From Lama guanicoe (taxonomy: Eukaryota): 64,000 nucleotides of DNA. The stretch lies in contig MU053472.1 of the NCBI GenBank assembly GCA_013239625.1, positions 1,939,236 through 2,003,235 of the forward strand, in the 5' to 3' direction. Numbering within the stretch: the first letter of the stretch is position 1; each line of letters starts with the position of its first letter. The translations under genes and the position numbers were made by a program. The notes under the pieces were generated by a model. The model was not told the DNA's origin, did not search any database, and worked only from the letters and a program-made list of their open reading frames with translations. Of the stretch, positions 49,420 through 61,589 are shown piece by piece.

Positions 49420-49570
49420 GCTGAATGACCCTGGGCAAGTTCTGTAACTTCTCTGAGGCTCAATTTCCTTATCTGTAAAATGGAATGATAAAGCCCGTGT
49501 TACAGAGTTTTAGTGCAAGGGTAATACAGAATGTATTCAAGCATCGAGCCAATGCCTTATACAAAATAGG
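49420..49570 (+). mobile_element. MIR SINE
   Basis: TGACCCTGGGCAAGTT...CTCTGAGGCTCAATTTCCTTATCTGTAAAATGGAATGATA. Confidence 0.85.
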
Positions 49571-49945
49571 CCATAAGAGAGGAAAGGAGCCACGAAGATG
49601 ATTGAATTGTAACTTTTGGAAAAATAAGTGTCACAGGGATGGCTCATTATGACAGCAGCTAGTGTTCGTCAGTAACCAGTAAACGCCTGACCCCTTTACA
49701 GACCGTGGCCTGTACCTGAGGCCAAAACGTCGGCTGTGATCTGGGCTTCCTGAGCAGAAGGTGGTGTGCAGGTGGAAAGACCCTGAGCCTCCATCCCATG
49801 CCGGGCCTCAGTCACTCAAGAATAAAGCTGTGATGGCCCCAGCACGCCTGTGACCTCAGAAGGTCCTAGAACAGGCCGAGAAGTTCTTTCCCAGGCACAT
49901 CACTAGTCCCCTCTTGTAGCCTTGTATCATTTTCAGCCCATTTCT

Positions 49946-50087
49946 TTTTTTAAAATAATTAAATTAATTAACTGGGGAGAGATAATTAGGCTTGTTTATT
50001 TTATTTTTTCATGGAGGTGCTGGGGATTGAACCCAGGACCTTGTGCATGCTAGGCTTGCCCTCTACCACTGAGCTGTATGCTCCCCC
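49946..50087 (-). mobile_element. tRNA-Ala-derived SINE (Vic-1 type), long-tail form
   Basis: TGGAGGTGCTGGGGATTGAACCCAGGACCTTGTGCATGCTAGG...CTCTACCACTGAGCT; perfect 12-bp TSD CAGCCCATTTCT at 49934-49945 and 50088-50099. Confidence 0.93.
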
Positions 50088-50554
50088 CAGCCCATTTCTG
50101 CTCCTCACCAAGTCAACATAGGCAAACTTCCTTTTAGGAGGCCCTGTTTTGGTCAAGTCTGCTACCATTAAAACCCTGTGTGTTCAGGGCAGCAGATTCC
50201 TCCCAAGGGTGGAGCGTTCGCCTCTGGCCTGGCCGCTGAGTCCTACTTTGCAGCGCTAACAATGTGTCCTCAGTCAAGGCGCCTACTTTTTCAGGACCAC
50301 CTCTTTCCCTCTCACCCAGAACAGCTGTTTTTGCCCTACACTCTTAGCATAATCAGATATAAGCAGAGCGCATTCTGCTCCTCTTGGCCAGTCATTCAGA
50401 AGATGCTTCTTTTGTAGCTTTTCTGACCCCCAAATGGTGAGAAATGGAAAGATGCGGTGTGGGGACCATCCAAGCAGCTGTGTCCCCACCAACAGGGTTC
50501 TTATTGCCAAGTAATTAATGCTGACATATTGAGGGAAGTTCAATTAAGTGTCTA

Positions 50555-50690
50555 GTGGGTCTTCTGGCCTCAGTTTTCTCATCTGGAAAATGGGTGTAGT
50601 AATAATATCCCCATGAAGCTCTTGTGAAGGACTAAACAGTGTCCCTGAATGAATTCCCCAGTCCAAACTAGGTGCTCAGAATGCTGTAGT
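50555..50690 (+). mobile_element. MIR SINE
   Basis: GGCCTCAGTTTTCTCATCTGGAAAATGGG...TTGTGAAGGACTAAA. Confidence 0.75.
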
Positions 50691-50691
50691 T

Positions 50692-50870
50692 CTCATTCGT
50701 CTGCCCTTTCAGCTACCAAATATTCATCAAGGGCCTTATGTGGACTAGACACTGCAGTGGGCCCTGGACATACCGTGGTGGAGAGACCCGGGCAATCGGG
50801 AAGTCATTCTCCCAGCCTAGGAGGGGAAAGAGGCATTAAACAAAGGATCACATAAATAAATTGTGATTAT
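50692..50870 (-). mobile_element. L2 3' end
   Basis: CAAATATTCATCAAGGGCC...AGACACTG...CAGCCTAGGAGGGGAAAGAGGCATTAAACAA. Confidence 0.6.
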
Positions 50871-52939
50871 GAATTTCCCTTCTCTTGCCCGTCGGGGACT
50901 AGGGCAGATTGCATCAGGACAGTTCTGGGTAGAGGAGAGAGCAGAGAAATGGCTGTATCTCTCGGCTGCTGAGGCTAGCTGGGTGCGGAAATGAAGGAGA
51001 GGCTGGCGTCTGCTGGGTCTAACCCAAAGATCTGGCCCCTTTTCTCCAGTTCTAAGGCTCTGAGCAGTGCCTGCAGGGCACGTCTGTGCTATTGCTCCTT
51101 TAGGGCCATCCCGGACTCGGGATGAGACATCACATCCTGGAAGAAGTGAGGAGTCCGGGTGCCTGTGAGCCCGCGTGCTGGAGAGCATCTCCGCTAATCC
51201 CCGGCCTGGGGCTGCACCTTCTCCCCTGGACGCTGACTGACTTCTGAGATATGCCTTTCCCATGTTGGGAATTCACGGCCCTTTATAGTGACCGGGCAAA
51301 AGGGAGAAAAAGCCCCTTTTGGCTGGATTTTCTTCTCAGAAATCCACCAACCTCATCCTGGCCAGTCTGGATGGGAGAGCGGGCCCCTGAGAGGGAACAG
51401 CTGTGGCAGCCTGCAGACCAAGGACGGTCCCTAGACCCTCCCGGAAGGCTGCCTGGATACCCAGAGAGCCCGCCCGCCCCTCCCACCCCCTCCCTGTGCT
51501 CCGCTCCGACGTGGGGCATGTAGGACTTCCCCGATGATGTGAGTGAAGCTCCCGAGGCCCGGCCCCAACGGTGCTGCTCTGGATCAAGGCCTTTGCTAAA
51601 CTCCCAGCTCCCCGGTTTGCAAAGCAAACTTCAGCCTTGTACTATTTACCTTGGCAAGTCCAGGACCAGATTGATGATCTGTAAAGTGGATTTGTTATTT
51701 GGCTGTTTGCTTTGGCAGCTCTTGAAAGCGCTTTGCTGATTACAGTCCCAGATGTCATTGCATACATTACCCTGCTCTCTAACGGGGCTTTGAACACTTT
51801 AATTTAAACTACAAATACTATTAAGCTTTTTGCACCTCTTCTGCCTTTCATTCTCAGATATTAAATATCAGAACGGACAGCCTGCATTCCCTTCGGCTCC
51901 TTCCCCCTTGCCTTGGTCAGTCTCCTCCTGTAGAGAGCATCCAGCTTTTCTCCTGTTCTCTCTGGCTCTTTCTAGAAACCTTACCCACCCCCCATGCCCA
52001 CCCCAGCCCAGCTACCCTGGCAGCAGCCTTGCCAACGTTCCCCTAACAGGTAATCTGCTTTCCAGCTTGGAGGTGCGGTGTGTCCATCCCCAGCCTGGTT
52101 TCCCCGCGCTCCCAGTCCCCAGGACTCTGTCCCAGTGCTCCGTTCCATCCACCCACGAGGGTTTTTTGTTTGTTTTTGTTACTGATGGCATTCTTTGGGA
52201 GGAAGCTAGATTTGAGGCATAAATGTATCACGTCCTTTCGCCCAGAGAAGACAAGGGTCTTGCAAAAAAAAAAAAAGCTAGCTGTCACCTCAGCAGAGCA
52301 GCGTGGGGAGGAGAGCCGTGGCAGGGCCTGTAAGTGGGGGCAGCCGCTGCTGCTTCGTGTATCTTTGGGGGTTATTGGTGGAGAGTGCCCGTGTTTCTGG
52401 CTAATGGTGGGGTATATGACTCCGTGTTCTCCAAGGTAATTGCCTCTTCCTGTTGTAAATAAACCATTAGCCAGGTCCTCGCCTCAGGAAGCAATTTAAG
52501 GCCCAAGGGAGGTAGCCGAAGAAGTCAGCTTGCAGCCTCCTGGAAGGGAGGCCCAGCTTTGCCCAGCGCCCCGGGCCCCGGTCTTTCCCCAGAGCAACAA
52601 AGAGCTCTGTCGTCCTTCTGCCAAGCCCCTGACGAAGGGCTTCCCTCAGCCTGTGATTTGCCAAGCCCCGTGTGAACTGCCTCTGTTTTTGTTACTCTCC
52701 AGAGAAAACGCCTGTTTCTTGTTCACCTAAACTGAGTATCGATGGGATTTCTTTTTTTAATTTTTTAATTTTTTTTTCCTTTTTGCTTTCACTTCTCAAA
52801 GGTCATTTTTTGGTGCACTCCTTCCTTAAGTATCCACAAGATTCTTAGCTGAAGCCTTGCAGCATGTCACAGGGCTGTAGAGACGGAAAAGGTCTCCGTG
52901 GTATGGACAGTCGGTGGAGTGCCTGTGTATATTGCTGTT

Positions 52940-53090
52940 AATCACGAGAACATCCCTGTGGGGAAGATAGTTCTAACCCCATTTCATAGTTGAGGAAACC
53001 GAGGCTCAGTGAGGGCCTTGTCCAATATCACAGAGCTACGGCGGGGCTAAGATTTAAGCCGCTGGATCTGTCTGAGTCCAAAGCCACAGC
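52940..53090 (-). mobile_element. MIR SINE
   Basis: CCCCATTTCATAGTTGAGGAAACCGAGGCTCAG...TCTGAGTCCAAAGCC. Confidence 0.85.
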
Positions 53091-53194
53091 TCCCTGCTGG
53101 GCAGTCTCTCCCTGCCGTTTGCATTCGATTCTCCTCCTGTAGAAGGTCTGAGCTCTGACTTGGGAACTGCAGGCTCCCTTCTGTGGTCCAGGCA

Positions 53195-53295
53195 CCTCAA
53201 AGGTAGGTTGGATATTGTGATTAATTCTGTATCCTGGTGACTAGTCCTGGACCGTGTTTGATTTAGATGCCCGATAAATATTTGTTGAATGAATA
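53195..53295 (+). mobile_element. L2 3' end
   Basis: TAGATGCCCGATAAATATTTGTTGAATGAATAA. Confidence 0.7.
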
Positions 53296-54589
53296 ACCAT
53301 AAATCCACCAAAGTGGTTCTGATTTTAAGTGACCGTGTCTTCCCTGTGGCCAGCCTCTAAGTTCCGGGGACAGGGGGCAGAGGGGAGACTTTCAACTTTG
53401 AAATATTTCAGTTGAAGAAGTTAATTCACTTTGTGAGTTTACTTTAGGAACAGAGATTATTGCAGTCTTTTTGGCCACCGCTCTCAAATTCTTCCCAACT
53501 TTTACTATAATAAGCAAATTGAGCAGATTAAGGATGTCCTTAACTGCCAAATGGTGTTCTGAACTGTGTGAAGTTACCAGGGTGGCTTTTTCTTTTCTTT
53601 TTTTTCCCCCTATATAAAAGATTGTGTGGGTTCTGTGAACTTCTCTGCTTTTTTTAGCCCTTCCTGTTTTATTGTGTTTGAAGTGTCTTTGTGGTGACCT
53701 GTTGGGATAGGATTCTTCCATATGGAAGTGTTTCTTTAACTTTTTAATCATTTCTTTTGGGAAGTGGAGGGTTAGGGGTAGCAGATGTTTTTCTGGCATG
53801 GTTTGCTGAGTGGAGGTAGGGGCTTTCGGAGCTGTGACTCAGGCTAAGCCCAGCCTGAACGAAGAAGTTCCCTCCCGGGGCTAGGAGGCAGCCCGACACC
53901 ATTGGATCTGGCAGATCAGGCCCGTGTGGGAGTAGATCCTTCTGCCCTTGCCCTGGCTAATGCCTTTTCCATTTCCCAGGAAGAGCACATTCTCCCCTGT
54001 GACACTGAGAGAAGTTATTTTTTCAGTGTCGCAAAGCAAATCCTTACCAGTCCTCAAATGGGAAGTCTGGCTGGTGCCCTTACCGAAAAAAAAAAAAAAA
54101 GGCAAAATAACAGATAAAATGAACCCTTGTTTCTCTTTTTTATGGCAGTCATGATGTCCCTTTTCATGTTCAATTTCTCAGTGAGACCAAGTTTAACATC
54201 TTGGTTTAAAAAAGAAAGGTTGCAAAAACCTGTCTGGTTCTCCCATTTTCTCATGCTCTTTTGGACTCTGTTACTCAGTCAGCCTATTTGAGAAGTGACA
54301 TGTGACCTCCCGGGAAGGTCGTTCGGTGGAGGGGGCAGAAGCTTATGGTTGGCAGTCATGTTCCACAGCTCTGAGCCTGAACACTGGTTCTAACAGCGGC
54401 CGCTGCCCTTGCCCTCGGTCTGTTTTACTGCCTCGCCCCCGATGTCCACCTCTCCATCATCCCCAGTTCATGCCAGAAAAGCTAAGGAGGAAAAGGTTTC
54501 GGTGCAGCGAGCGAGAGCACTCAGGCACTGGCACACGTCGGACCCAGGGGATGAGGAGACAATAGGAAGAACAGGGAAGGAGCTCAAAC

Positions 54590-56200
54590 CAAGGCTTCCC
54601 TCCCACTCTCATCCTTTCTTGACCAGACTGTGGCTTTGCATGCGAACTTGGGGATCTCAGCATTTAGAGGTCGAGAGGGGGAGTAAAAGAGTGAGCAAAA
54701 GAGACTGAGAAGTAGCTGCTAGAAAGATGAGAGGAAACCAGATGAGTGTGATGTCCTGGATGCCAGGGAAGGGAGGGACATCAAATGCACCAGCTGATAG
54801 ATCGGGTCAGGTGGTAACTGAGAGGTGGATGGAGTACCATGAGGGTCACCACCTTTGGAAGAGCAGTTTCAGTGGAGAGGTGAGGCCATACACCCCGACT
54901 GGAGTGGATTCAAAGAGAGCATGGGAGGGAGGGTGGACATTGTAGACGGCAAGTCCAGACATGTCTTTCAAGGAGTTTTAAGGGACCGAGGAGAAGTGGG
55001 GAGGTAGCTGGAGGAGGAAGTAGAGTCAAGAGTTTTTTCCTTTCTTTTAATGGAAGAAAAATCAGCATAAAGGTGGCAAGAGGGTGTGCGGGCCAGTGTG
55101 CAGCCGGAGGGGGCGGCCTTGGCGGGTGAGCACGTGCGCGCAGAGCGGGTGGGTGGGCAGATGCAACAGAGGGGCTTTAAATTCCCTTCTCCTTGCTTCC
55201 GTTTTCTTGGCAAAGTCATACTAAGCCCTCGGCTGAGTGTGAGAACCGTGGAGAAGGTATTGGACGTTTGAGGATAGAGGAGCCAATATGAAGTCATCGG
55301 CTTGGAGAGGGGAAAGCAAATGGCCTGAGGAAATATGATTAGAGGGCAGCGTTAAAGGCCCGTTTGAAGGCAGTGCTCATAAATTTAAAGTAGGACCAGT
55401 TAGCCCAGGGTGCCTTTTTTCCCCCCCAGTTATGAGTAATTGCATGGGGACAGGGAGTAGGTGGAGACTTAGACTTAACAAGGTTGTGGTTTCACCAGGC
55501 AAGTACAGCAGAGGGAAAGGGGGGGTACAGGGTGGGGGCGTGTGCCGGGGGGCTGAGCATAAGGATGGAACATGGCGGGGGAGAGGACCCCGAGGGGGAA
55601 GGGGCAATGCAAAGCAGGCGGGACCAAGGGATTATAGACCTTGGTGGGGGCGGGGGGAGAGGGGCAGTCAAAGGATTCTTGGCGCCCGGGGAGCCAGAGG
55701 GAGAGAACCAGAAAGACAGAAGGTGGTGGTCAGAGTGGGCTGCTGGATCTTGCGGTTGTGCTGTCTTTGCAGTTGTTGTATCAGAGGAGCAGTGGAGACA
55801 GTGGGTGGTGGAGGTAAACTACACGTGAGGAGGTTCAGGAACCCAGAGGCCACATTGCTGAAAGGATCATCTGTGTGACTCATGACAGGGTTTGTGTTGG
55901 AGAACCTGACGGTGAACCAGGAGCTAAATCTCCCAGGAGTGAGGGGTGTGGTGGGGGAGGGGGAGGAATTGGAGAAGGAGGGGGGAGGGGTCCTAGGGTC
56001 TTAGGACATGAGAGACAAAGTAGGAGCTTTCGTAAAACAAAGAAGAGACGGTGCGTCTGTGAGGAGCCAGGAGGCCGCCAGCTCCACCCCAGGGTCTGAG
56101 GGATACGGGAGACAATCGGGAGACGCCTGCTGGGCAGGCAGGTCCTCAGAGGAGAACCTGGCGTTGCTCAAAAACCTATCACTTGAGAATTTACAGAGAC
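54590..56200 (-). mobile_element. Long L2 remnant reaching the ORF2 endonuclease region
   Basis: GGAAGAGCAGTTTCAGTGGAG...GGATTCAAAGAGAGCATGGGAGG; the minus-strand peptide HTDDPFSNVASGFLNLL (55668..55883 ORF) resembles the L2 endonuclease segment. Confidence 0.7.
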
Positions 56201-56224
56201 AACGAGTGTACATACACTTCCTAT

Positions 56225-56390
56225 TTTATTTGATTCTTTTCAACAACACTTCACGTAGGGAGAGCAGATCTTGTATGCGCGAGGACACTGAAGCTTCCAG
56301 AGGTGAAGTGTTCGCGTGGTGACACTCAGCAAGTTGATGACGGATTCAGGCCTTCTGACTCCAAGTCCAGTGCATTTCCCACCACATGGT
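56225..56390 (-). mobile_element. MIR SINE
   Basis: GAGGACACTGAAGCTTCCAGAGGTGAAGTG...CTTCTGACTCCAAGTCCAGTGC. Confidence 0.75.
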
Positions 56391-56413
56391 ACTGCCTTCC
56401 TTCAGGAGGCCAG

Positions 56414-56504
56414 GGGGTGGAGGATATAGCTCAGTGGTAGAGTGCGTGCTTGGCATGCACAAGGTCCTGGGTTCAATCCCCAGTGCCTCTATTAAGGTTG
56501 GGGG
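56414..56504 (+). mobile_element. tRNA-Ala-derived SINE (Vic-1 type), atypical tail
   Basis: ATATAGCTCAGTGGTAGAGTGCGTGCTTGGCATGCACAAGGTCCTGGGTTCAATCCCCAGTGCCTC; imperfect TSD AGGAGGCCAG/AGGAAGCCAG. Confidence 0.9.
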
Positions 56505-57559
56505 AGGAAGCCAGCAACCCTTCCATAGACCCCACAATAACACGCTTGAGCCAAAGTCACAACTGTTGTTACCTTGCTGCCTCCACAGCCCGAGATTCAG
56601 CCCCCAAAGACAGCTTCCAGGAGGCGGCGGTCACGTGACCTGCACTCTGCCCTCTCAGATGCACCTAGATATTAAGGATCATTTTCCCTAGTACCCAGAA
56701 TATCTTAAACTTACCAGCCAGCATAGGACACAAGTGGACATTCCCTTTCAGGGCTGATTTGGAGAACAATTCTCAAATAGAAATTAACACGGTACTGTAG
56801 TTTTAAGGAATTTCGGTGTCCTGGGACATGCCCAGGTCACGGCTTCCTAGCCACAATGGACGGAAAAGTTATTATGAGACATAGGCAGGCAATTGGCCAC
56901 GCTGGGAATCATGAACTTAAGGTAGTGGTTCAGAGCTTGGTTCTTAAAAATGTTTCCTTCTGAATTCTCAGATCCAGTAAGTTGGGTAGTGTGCCTGCCC
57001 AGGACTGCCAGGTTACCCCACCCCTCCTTCCTCCCTGGGCCAGCCACTCAGGACGGAGATGGTCTCCGTTGTTCATTCACGTAGCAAGCATATGTTGATC
57101 ACCTCTATTACAGTTCTGGCACACAGCGAGCAACACTACACCACAGAAATAAATGCAATGAAGGGCTAGAGGTTTTTATCCATGCACTGTACGAAGAGAT
57201 TTTTCTTTCAAAGGAAAGCGAGAATATTCCTGCCTTGGCCAGTAAATAACCTCTTCTTAGCCACCTCATCCTAGTTTCCCAGTTTGCTGGGCCCCGGAGG
57301 AGGACTGCTCTGTGGAGGGTTGACACCAGATGCCTCCACCAGCCCTCTCTGCCCCAAGGCTGTTGCCACACTGGGTGGGGACGGTAATGTTTCTAAAAAT
57401 GCCACCTGGATCAGCAGCACGAGCCCTTCCGTGGAGCATCCTGTTGTAAATGGCACCCGTGTGGCCTCTGAATAGAGAGAGTTTTGCAGGTGTGTCCCCT
57501 GCTCTCCACGTACTAATGGTCTCAGGCGAACACACTGACTTAGACAGGAGGAGAGACCC

Positions 57560-57745
57560 GCTGTGGTTTATGGCAACTGGGAGTGCCTCAGAGTCACCTG
57601 AGGAGCTTTTCCAAGATCAAGATGCCCAGATCCCAATCTTATGCCCCAGAAATCCTGATTATGACCGGGGCAGGGCTCGCACCTCCGTATGTTTGAGAAG
57701 CTCCCCAGCGGATTCCGATGCATCGCCCCAGCTGAGCCGTGCCGG
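57560..57745. mobile_element. MER5A-like hAT MITE
   Basis: TCAGAGTCACCTGAGGAGCTTTT...AGATGCCCAG...AAGCTCCCCAGCGGATTCCGATGCA. Confidence 0.75.
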
Positions 57746-58829
57746 TGGAGGAAGGGTATGAAGGGGTCTGTGCCAAACAGCTGGATGGCAAGATAACCAA
57801 CATCCCAGTGGCCATTCCTTTACCAGGTCTGAGTGTGATCAAATGTCTCTTCTGACAGCTCCCTTCTCCACATTATCCTCCAGGAACTTGTGATTATCCT
57901 GAGTCTAAGTCAGAAGCAGCTTAATTCCTCTGAAAACAGTGCCAGTTGGGCATTTTGCCTGGAACGAGAGAAGCAAATCCGTGGCAGGGCTCTTTGCTCG
58001 GCTCAGCTCTGCAGCCTCCACGGGGCACCCTCTCTGTTTGCGCCGCCTCCCCGCTTACTCTTCCTGCCTCAAAGTCCAGTGCTTTGTCTGGTGCCTGGTT
58101 GGTGAAGGCAGGTCGTTCCAGCAGGACGGGGCGCCTGGCTGGATGCAGACTTGGATATCCTTGTCCAGGTGAAATCTGGTTGGTGAGAATTCCAGGGTGG
58201 GCTAAGACAGGCAAGTGTCGGTTGTAAGATCAGAAAGTGGGAGCCTGGGGCCGGGGGCCAGGAGAGCAGGCAGAGGGTGCTGGCCAGGCCAGCACCGAAC
58301 TGCGATGCCGTGACGCACCGCAGTCGGGTCTGAGAGAGGCTCAGTGAGACCTACAAGGAGCTAGAGCACGTGAACCCTCTTTACACAGAGGAAGCTGACT
58401 TCATCTGCCTACACATCCTTTGACGTCAAGCCCCCTTGGTCTTAAAGGGCCAACCTCTTACCAGTTTCTTCTACCCTGTCAGAGACATAGGCCTCTTCTA
58501 CCAAGACCCTGAGCTGAACATTGGAGACACTGCACCATGAAACCAGCGGCCGTCAACTCTGGGTCCTCTTATTGAGACTTGTTCCCTCTTTAGGCCCCGT
58601 GTTGTTTTCACTGGGACCTTCTTCCCTCTGTGCACTGATATTAGTGTTCTGTTACCATGTAAAACCCTTGATTCTCTGGGATCAGTACAGAGATGTTAGC
58701 AAAGGCGGGTCCTAAGTTTTGAGGCTACTGTAAAGAGCAAGACAGATGATCTCTGTAGCCCTCTTGGACCTTGTATCCTAGAAGAGAAAAGTGACAAGCC
58801 AGCAGCACCCGTGGAGTGTCCTTGGGTAA

Positions 58830-59110
58830 GGTGGGTTCAGGGGCTCTGCTGTGGGAGTACGTAGGAAGGCGCCTGACCCTCCTGGGGTCAGGGAAGGTGT
58901 CCCAGGAGAAGTTCTGTTTAAGCCAGCATCAAGGGATGAGCAAGGCAGAGACGGGAAGGCCCAGAGGTGAAAGAGAGCAGTGCACTGGAGGGACTCGAAG
59001 AAGTTCGTTATGCTTAACACAAGGGACGAGGGAGAGAGTGGGAGAGACGGCCCAGAGAAGTGAGCAGGGCCGGGCCATCAAGGAACCTGGTAACCCTGGC
59101 GAGGAGTAGA
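58830..59110 (-). mobile_element. L2 fragment
   Basis: GGGGTCAGGGAAGGTGTCCCAGGAG...CCAGAGGTGAAAGAGAGCA...GCAGGGCCGGGCCATC. Confidence 0.6.
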
Positions 59111-59244
59111 GACAACCCTCTATCTAGCCCCCTGCTTGCACCTCCTGGGATGACTGAAATAGGTACGTGCACACGCATGCGCACACGCAAATCTCCCAGG
59201 AACGATTACTGCTCCGTCCCCTCTCGTTTGGAGGCAGCACAGGG

Positions 59245-59287
59245 TAATCGGGATTATAAACCACCCGCCTGGGGCAGGGGCTCACTC
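59245..59287 (+). promoter_or_regulatory. Candidate core promoter (TATA box plus Inr)
   Basis: TAATCGGGATTA overlapping TATAAA (59255-59260); Inr-like CTCACTC with A at 59284, so the TATA box starts at -29. Confidence 0.3.
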
Positions 59288-59629
59288 GCCTGCTGTAGCA
59301 TCTTTTCTTCCACCTCGGGATGCTGCTCAGCCTCACACAGCACCAGCCATCTGATGAAGAATAGAAGTGACAAGGGCAAAATCCAAACCTCTCCAGAATG
59401 TATTCAGTGGGAAAGCAAAGGCAGGAAGGGCTGTCCTCTCGTTCCCAGCCGACGCCCCCACTTCTGCTCGCTCGTTCCAGAGGAGACTCCGCTTCCGCTC
59501 TGCCTGAGTGCCTGGCAGGGCGATTCTTCAGGGGCTGTGTTTTGTGCTTGTCACTCCTACCCTGGGTCGCTTTTAAGATGCATGGACTTCTGAATCTTTA
59601 AAAGAAAGAACTAAAAAGGAAATCCCAAA

Positions 59630-60250
59630 GGCAGTGAGTTGGCAGGTCATTGGCTGAGAATGAGGGAGAGAGTTGTGACAGGTTTGGGGAGCTTGAGAAG
59701 GGGGGGAAATACAGGAGGGAACTGACCAGGAACAAATGGAAAAAGGGGGGAAAAAGGTTGAGGCGCAGAGAGGGTCTGGCTGATACACTTGTCTTGGTGC
59801 CAGTGGACGTGAGTGTGTGGTTTTCTCCAGCACAGCTCAGCAGCCCAGGAGCAGAGAAAGCCAATGGTTGGATGGATCATCCTGGATGCGTCTGGCAAAG
59901 CAGGAGGGGCAGACAGACCTGGAGGAGCGGTGATGGGGGGGTGGTGAGGGTGTTCTGGGACCTATAAGCCCTGAACCCTGGGGTGGATGGTGAAGAGTGT
60001 CACCAGGAGGGAGCTGGTGGCTTGGGATAATAGAGAGGGCTCAAGAGGCTGGCAGGCTCAGTGAGGCCGAAAACCATCATTAGTGAAAATGAGGAAGTGA
60101 GAGAGATAGACAAATAGAAAGTTTCATGATCAAAATGTGGAATTTCTTGCTTAAAATACAAGAAATGCAAGAGCCAGCTGAGTGAATGTCTGGAAGGAAG
60201 GTGAAGGTCATTGGCGTGTGGAGGACAGTGAACTGTGAGGGCTTGGTGTG
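59630..60250 (-). mobile_element. L2 internal ORF2 remnant
   Basis: Minus-strand peptides IHPTIGFLCSWAAELCWRKPH and SANDL resemble L2 ORF2 (INPTI...AAE.CWRK, SADDL). Confidence 0.7.
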
Positions 60251-60719
60251 GTCAGGCACCTGAGCGTCACACTTTCTCAGCATTTGGCAGGATTTGTCGA
60301 GATGGTGACAGTGGTGTGGCACTACAGTCCTCCTTGAAGTCGAGGGACTGTTACTTCGGTCTGTGGAGTCCGGACAAGGACGAGGAGTGCTATTCTAGAC
60401 AGCCTGTGTGAGCTCTGAGCATCTCCCCTGGTTGGTAAGACAATTTCTTTGGCAGAGGTGATGTAATTCACAGAGAACATTTGTATTCCCTTGGAGAAAA
60501 AAGGACTTCCTTTTATTGTCAGATCATTTTAGTATGATTGAAAAATCAGGGAGAAAACATTTTTTTTTAAAGGGCTTGAAATGAATACTATATGAGATGT
60601 CTCAAATCCTGGCCCTGAGGTCCAGCCCCATGGCCTAACACAGAGCCTCTTTAAACCTCAGCTTCTCTCTGAAGCAGAACTTCGCAGTGTCGTTGCGACG
60701 ATCAGTGGGACAGTAGGCC

Positions 60720-60890
60720 CTTTAAGCATCTATTGTGTGTCAGGCACGTTTGTTTAAGCCTTACTCTTTTTCATTCTTTCTGCTGAATAGATGGATAAAT
60801 TGAACCAGGAGAGGTAACTCATTTGCCCAATATTGTACATTACACGACTGAACAAGGGCCCTAGATCTGAACCTTTCACCATTTCCCATC
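60720..60890 (-). mobile_element. MIR SINE
   Basis: AGCATCTATTGTGTGTCAGGCAC...GGAGAGGTAAC...TTGCCCAA. Confidence 0.55.
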
Positions 60891-61494
60891 CCGCCTCTGT
60901 CGGGCTCTGTGAATACAAAAATTGGACAAAACGCTCCCAGGGCTAAGTTCAGGGGAAGACGTGGAAACAGATCGCTGGACCTCAGGCCCATACACGCCGC
61001 GTTAGAGGGTGTGCGCGTGCCGTGGGGTTGCGGCAGAGGGACCGTGCCCCGCCCACGTGTCCCCAGGAAGGCTTCACAGAGGGGCTCGGGCTGGAGATGA
61101 GTTGGCTGCAGGGGCAGCTTGTTGTGTCAGCTGGTGCCCCTTCTCGCATCCATCTGGAACACTTCAGCGTGCTGTCTTCTCCCTCTAGGTCCTTTTTTGC
61201 CCCCCGGAGTCACACCCACCCACACACAGATCTATTCCCTCTTCTGTAACATTGCTCTCCACATGTTTGAGTGCTAGACTCACAGCTCTCGGACCCTCTT
61301 CTCCAGGTTAAACAACCTCAGCTTTATTCCCTCCCTCCTCCCCTCCCTGCTGGTTACCAGGAACGGAGGCGCTGTCCTGCCTAAGAAGTGGCTGCCCACA
61401 AATGCTGCCCTCCAGGAACCTTGCCGTCCAGTGAGAAGACAGACCAGAAAAGCCTTTACTTCTCTTTTTTGCAGGCTGTTGCTTTTACCAAAAT

Positions 61495-61560
61495 TCCCAG
61501 CACCCAGCACGGTGGCTGGACACCCAGTAGACACCCAATAAGTGTCTGTGGTGGAACAGA
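61495..61560 (+). mobile_element. L2 3' end
   Basis: CCCAGCACCCAGCACGGTGGCTGG...AGTAGACACCCAATAAGTG. Confidence 0.65.
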
Positions 61561-61589
61561 CCACACCACGGGGCTCTCAGGAGAGGAAG

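Noticed and set aside
52038..52055. TTCCCCTAACAG|GTAATC as another recursive splice site
   Set aside because: Polypyrimidine tract is short and no convincing downstream donor was found
1437..55882. Apparent abundance of AP-1 sites (about nine TGACTCA/TGAGTCA seen)
   Set aside because: About eight are expected by chance on two strands, so there is no window-wide enrichment
59060..59593. 177-aa ORF on the plus strand as a CDS
   Set aside because: Starts at a non-ATG codon within an L2 fragment and has no recognisable product
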